A DNA stretch of 64,000 bases. Source: Monocercomonoides exilis PA203. Taxonomy: Eukaryota > Protista > Preaxostyla. The translations under genes were made by a program, and so were the position numbers. Location: positions 248,001 through 312,000 of the forward strand of contig LSRY02000029.1 in the NCBI GenBank assembly GCA_001643675.2, written 5' to 3'. Shown here in pieces: positions 60,901-64,000 of this stretch. The notes below the pieces were generated by a model. The model was not told the origin of the DNA, searched no databases, and was given only the letters and a program-made list of their open reading frames with translations. Numbering within the stretch: position 1 is the stretch's first letter; every line of letters begins with the position of its first letter.

Positions 60901-62460
60901 CTCGCTATACGAAGGAAAGGGAGCTGGGTATGAGGAAGAAGAGGAAGAAGAGGGATAAGAAGAAGAAGGCAAAGAAGATGTATCTTTTGAATAGAAATAA
61001 GCTCCGTGAGTTAAAATGGGGGCATATGCGAGGAAGACAAGCCCTGCACGGAACGCCTGCATTTCATCCATCTGCGGGACGATCTGCAGAAGAACTGAAG
61101 AATACAGTGCAGATGATGATGATGATGATGATTGTGATAGCTTCTCTCTTTCGCTCTCCTTTGCTGTGGAGGAGACAGAAAAGCCGTTGTTTGGGCAAGA
61201 CTCCATCCCAGGCGGTGTTGCTCCATTGAACAACTCACCAAATCCTCTTCTCTGTGTCCGTTTCTGCGCTTCCTTCGTATTCGAGAGGGCAAACGGCTTC
61301 TTTGCGAACTGGTCGATGAAGTGCGGCTGGGATAAGCAGGCAAGCAGCACGTCCCACACAAAGCCCGAGACGCTGTCACGTTGATTGAGCAGTCCCCTCT
61401 GCCTTGCCCACACACGAAACAAAGTCCCGGCCTTCCGCATGCACTCACAGCGACGCGCGCTGCTTGATATAAAAGCAGACAGCGGCTGCAGAGCGACCAT
61501 CTGTGCAGCTGCGTTCGCTAAGTGTGGTGTTGGCATGTAGTTATCTTGATTAGATGATGATGAATCGGAAGATTCGTCGCTGTTGTCGGATTTGTCATTC
61601 AAAGACGATGAAGAAGATGCGAATTGAGTGAGATCAACGCCTAGTAGAGACCCCATTGCTTTGCTAATTTTGCTGTCTTTGATATCTTCTGGGTACAAGT
61701 GAGCTTGAGAAGGAAGAAGTCTTGTTGGTCTGATGATATTGAAGAATTTTTCTGAGTTGATGAATGGATGCAGTTTAATGATAGGAACATCTTGTTGAGA
61801 ATGTTTACGAGATGAATTGTTTTGAATTTTTTCAATCGGTTGTAAAACGATAAATGGCATTTCAGCTCTGCCATTCCAATAGTCTATCTGTAATTGATGT
61901 GTCTTCGAAAAGGGAAAAACATCATCAGGATCATCTTGAAAAAGCTGTTGCAAATGTGCAACAATTTCTCTTAAAAATAGTGTTCGCTTTGAAAGCAGTT
62001 TTCCATGACGAATATCAGAAGCACTAATCGATTGATGTGAAATCTCGAGACCAACATCCACATTCAACGAATTCCGAGTTCCAGTTCCGATACCCCAACT
62101 TCCTATTAATTTCAATGACTGGGGGCGCTTGAAATTAAGTCTAGTATTTTCATTAAGCAAGGGAAGAGATATGAAATTATGAGTAGATATCGTCACCTTT
62201 AAATCATAGATATTAATATTATGATATAATACATTAAAGAATAGAAATAAAAAGAACAGCGTCCAACCAATAAAATTTAAATATAGCACGATAAAACAAT
62301 AAAAGCTGAACGAAACCTCTTTTTCATTCATGGAAGCAAAGCACATTTGCAACTTTCTAAGATTTTCTTTCATTTCTTCTGTTGGCTCAGATGGAGAGAC
62401 TTGCGTCAAAAGAAGTGATAACTCTTGATTGAACACTTTTGTTTCATGAGTTAAAGCCAT
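54985..62460 (-). CDS. UTP22: U3 snoRNA-associated protein 22 / nucleolar protein 6 (Nrap family), about 2451 aa after removing intron 62197-62316
   Basis: Nrap motifs: LIGSW..NVDVGLEI, KRTLFL, RVWARQRG..SGF, VVIVDLSHHFNVAG, LVDKGP, FWG..TERRQFDG..ESVLW, ERSARWP, GGFVFR, WLSAH..ELLV, IGFDP. Confidence 0.88.
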   Translation of the reverse strand: MALTHETKVFNQELSLLLTQVSPSEPTEEMKENLRKLQMCFASMNEKEVSFSFYCFIVLYLNFIGWTLFFLFLFFNVLYHNINIYDLKVTISTHNFISLPLLNENTRLNFKRPQSLKLIGSWGIGTGTRNSLNVDVGLEISHQSISASDIRHGKLLSKRTLFLREIVAHLQQLFQDDPDDVFPFSKTHQLQIDYWNGRAEMPFIVLQPIEKIQNNSSRKHSQQDVPIIKLHPFINSEKFFNIIRPTRLLPSQAHLYPEDIKDSKISKAMGSLLGVDLTQFASSSSSLNDKSDNSDESSDSSSSNQDNYMPTPHLANAAAQMVALQPLSAFISSSARRCECMRKAGTLFRVWARQRGLLNQRDSVSGFVWDVLLACLSQPHFIDQFAKKPFALSNTKEAQKRTQRRGFGELFNGATPPGMESCPNNGFSVSSTAKESEREKLSQSSSSSSSALYSSVLLQIVPQMDEMQAFRAGLVFLAYAPILTHGAYFYSKDTSSLPSSSYPSSSSSSSYPAPFPSYSEYFSAYPVVIVDLSHHFNVAGHMSRNSWAELSFHAQKTLEEMKRTEMMAQLGQVYQAHLNEVGAKGKGKGKGGSASVTAASSSASKGRREGEEEGERGMMEMTLKTEMEQGENGRAKAKKKVDIVMAQSKRGDDDDEDDDDESRNGGWMSGREAEDDADIMGQFDNEEEEEEDDDDDDDEEENEGEEEEDEEDEKNESSQEMEGSDSRSKAKSTAIAHRKQETAKPQKQKKSQNSKNSNKITQNGRKEIIRRAPKTTFSGSLPNIQLRRLFLLPPLGVSCSPVNFLFSRSSSSSLSSLLSFLSPLSTSITPICSFSEKYDFSLFFPSVPSLPVLLFRIASTITQNLPSIPSISSSSSSSNSSSSFSFALPKSAEQLLSFLLPPMLRKVVYVMIEALIRRRERKMKKKSGEGRRRGRKTNEMEEESDKEEEDEEEKANDQPTSSSSSSPSSSFESDVSSSFLTLLCDPSALVSAMASVLERILCLSLGTRAHLVRVAVSPLPHPLPTMVSHVVREEGEEGGEEEGEGEDSEEEEEEEEEGNKRKGKKNMKGKKQGKANKTMKGEKGKEKGKGKGKAKGKEIREIVRTQVEYDFESLEVCERLMHSGSQQAKEMEENYGVDDNVDGEEEEREGEGEEREKSKSNISFSSHPKSVSSSKQPLHLSRHSIRQTISFSAFNADSTQQHRSVSLPLNTSPLPLIPDDLLFLNRSDNGSDNGRGNGSVKEKGSGSRNSNSSGRVTSTPQPFLPVRVGVLLHQTLSLRLVDKGPRLTDLGMGSSISSLSSSSSSSLSLQNLSNEGGSTSSASSSSSSSSSDVTPFALFWGQNKTERRQFDGIWRESVLWAEEGIRWSDSQTNTRLVSSKQKERKERKSSFRKRRGEEEEDEREESALSESDDLNSSSSSYSSSYSSSTLSEDEEYEAAALASRGRTGKDDAMWPSKMRRRCEWIAKHSLRRWAGIQLGISNEEKAEEEVEKVERERRKRGGVISQKVERHGGEESDEEEEEEEEEENDDDNGKDSKLVPMKRSMKKWQTEKGGEKRKTSEVTTLKVLPHSSSSSSSSSSVSHPVPRICFSASEAASRISRVIEHPFTTPLIVTAFNTLAADLKNLDVIPLKILSVHPLHSAIYGCDPFPARPHPFANAPTSMVASSSSSSSFSSTSSLALPDDILSPKQSLYVPVLPIMLKTERSARWPASHRALSLMRSLMLLRIAQRVAAKYPTVLLTAQNKQGSLGDGSAGSSFQSEILNSSSSSSSSSSSSSILPHNATLIRLTPDYVDFARGGFVFRAMLIPDEEVKLVASETSLATRIAVHALSNISTVARQQKRGKKEREGKGKEKKQENKQRDAIAKPLFSEFQRRVFLPSSSNRQQAEALEAVLTAARRYRHLCQLQFTSYFLPRHSEFIRAIAAAHPAYAPSLALFRCWLSAHRLSTSVSAQLAELLVAVCFDQPHHNITPASPVAGLLRVLHLLATLQPDTTPLVAYGASLDVALASASRTLLELSSSSSSSSSSSSYASAAYSPVLLANSQDIRLCSTTSLASAFSHFCKLRSSGIEESCLAAGLPLSLLSSSAPSPSPFSPFPLLSIPDNESSSSSSSPSDQPTNRLHPSVLLYFKTPIAAISGLAGDIPPPLFIAVPHDLSGIGWQKGNPTTLTTPALNTMILLAQASYAKLVQAVNGIAPAAALLSEERARKSKKLECKAMKVLLKTRSASRKAGLSCPNGKQPLPVMRVTHATQAHLLSSPSSLFQSAFLSSPFVYDALVILHKEALPRNHAMSNSPLSFSSLPMQQLENTLIRLGVLRQAQPLAAVMSMERPPFRILLPPRPPSVSLVSSVFCQSRFKNLTLPVATASSTAISASIKQALVKHKAQESAVVKKRQLAKQHRQLQFETLAIGFDPLPLFLRDVEKNLGQFLQFYAGEFGDSVGLIWRNEKLLDNRKIEGMKKNDILQKEKMNLLQKIFSIGEDVIEAIIIFQKS

Positions 62461-62522
62461 TTTGTATTTAGATCAAAACCACAGTAAAAAGTTCAAAATA
62501 AAATGTTATAGTCAAGGATCAG

Positions 62523-63778
62523 ATGGATAGCTTTACAACAGATTTTCAGCTTGATCGTTACCAATTTCAGCAACGCGGTCCCACTCCTGTACACTACACA
62601 TCAAAAGATCCAGCTGAGTACGAAGTAAAAAGTTGTCCTGCTGCAGGATGCTACACTGTTCGAAAAGCATGGACAATGTTTGACCCAGAACTCCCACATA
62701 CATTGAAAACTTTCACTGGATCGGGGCAACGAATTGGAAAAATTACGACTCGTGGAACTGTTTGCACCTATTGGATTTTTAAAATTTGGATGATAATTAT
62801 ATTTTTCTTAACAATAATTTAGTGGTCAAAACTTATCCAGTATGGATGGACAGAAGATGAAAAATTGATTGTCATATTCACGTTTGCATTACAAATTAAA
62901 TCTCAATTAAATCCATTTGTTATTCACAATATTTTTGAAGGGATGGAACAATTCATGTTTATGATGCTTGCTGCAATATAATTCGCGAAGTTACAACGAC
63001 ATGGGTTTGCTTCATTTTTTAGGCAATGTTCGAATATTTTATGTTTAATGCAGATGTTTTCACAAGATAAAAAAGAGGAAGAGGTTGAACTTCCTGGATT
63101 GCCTCAGATTATTCTTGGAGGTGCAGATGGAGAAGAAGTTAGAATTTTTTTTGTTTTCCAAAAATTAAAATTGCATTTCTTTGTTCAGTATGTAGTGGCA
63201 GCGGAGGTTTTTTCGCATGGGGTGATTTTGCTTTCAAATTTGGGAGGTATTTATGTTGCAGAAAATTTGGAAGGTTATGGTACACCTATAATGAGAGGAA
63301 AATACGGTATGTACTTCCTTTATTTTTTTTTAGTGTTAACGGAACATTTCAATTGCTTTTAGACAATCCTGATAATTGGTCAAGTTTGTTTGTCACAGAC
63401 GGAGATGATGCTCAAGAAACTGTTGTACTTTTTGTTGGAGGAAACGACGGCTCAATTGTGATGTACAGTTTTCTTAGCAACAACGCTGATGAAGGAAAAA
63501 AAGAAATTATTGTTTGCAAAATTATTTTACTCAGTTTTTTTTAAATGAACAAAAATGCTATGAAACTGAAAACGAAATAACAAAAATTCTTTTCTTTTCT
63601 TTTCTTTTCTTTTCTTTTCTTTTCTTTTCTTTTCTTTTCTTTTCTTTTCTTTAACTTTTCTTTTCAACAATGTCAGACATTCACTCGAAGCAGCGGCACA
63701 CCTCTTGGAGCAGTGAAGAACATTGCGCTTTCTTCTGACAAAAAAATGTGCGCTGTTCAATTTGATGATGGATCAATT
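62523..63778 (+). CDS. VPS16: HOPS/CORVET subunit Vps16, N-terminal part, 3'-partial (exons 62523-62759, 62823-62881, 62941-63004, 63054-63137, 63189-63306, 63363-63511, 63677-63778)
   Basis: GT-AG introns join the exons in frame to give TFTGSGQRIGKI..QYGWTEDEKLIVIFTDGTIHVYD..GAVKNIALSSDKKMCAVQFDDGSI, matching the Vps16_N pattern GW(T/S)..E.L.V...DG...(V)Y. Confidence 0.72.
63587..63664. repeat. (TTTTC)n microsatellite within an intron
   Basis: About 12 consecutive TTTTC units. Confidence 0.95.
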
Positions 63779-64000
63779 GTATGGAATCTCTTTTTTTTTC
63801 TTTTTGAATATTTATTTTTTATTTATTTAAATTTTTGTTTTGATTATAAATGACTTTTTAACTTTCTTTCAACGCATTACTTCAAACTGCCTATTTGAAA
63901 CATTCACTTTGATTCTTCATCTTAATTTCGTCTTTATAAATTAAATAATTCTCATTTAATAATTATAATAATTGTTATTATTATACCAATAATTTCCACC

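Overview
Eukaryotic protist DNA with AT-rich intergenic sequence, short GT-AG introns that mostly start GTTTG, and Ser/Glu low-complexity proteins. By inference it resembles an oxymonad such as Monocercomonoides; the genetic code appears standard. Housekeeping genes are MCM8 and SYS1 (head-to-head), UTP22/NOL6 and a partial VPS16 (head-to-head, 62 bp apart), and three tRNAs (Ile-AAU, Ser-GCU, Glu-CUC). The window also holds a 2610-aa receptor-like surface protein with a degenerate kinase tail, a disrupted giant retinoblastoma-like gene, and several pseudogene fragments. The main discovery is a 6.5-kb, apparently intact DNA transposon (23490-29980) with 607-bp TIRs built from nested palindromes. 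Its single 3-exon gene (about 1294 aa) encodes a Sola-like DDD transposase with a ubiquitin-specific protease (USP/C19) domain, catalytic motifs intact, inserted inside it. Nine nt after the stop codon lies a compact GC-rich predicted RNA fold with a C(UUCG)G tetraloop. There are also several MITE families: two have 8-bp TSDs and carry telomere-like repeats, with one copy of each about 240 bp upstream of a tRNA gene, and one has GGG/CCC ends with 4-bp TSDs. All calls come from reading the sequence; no searches were run.
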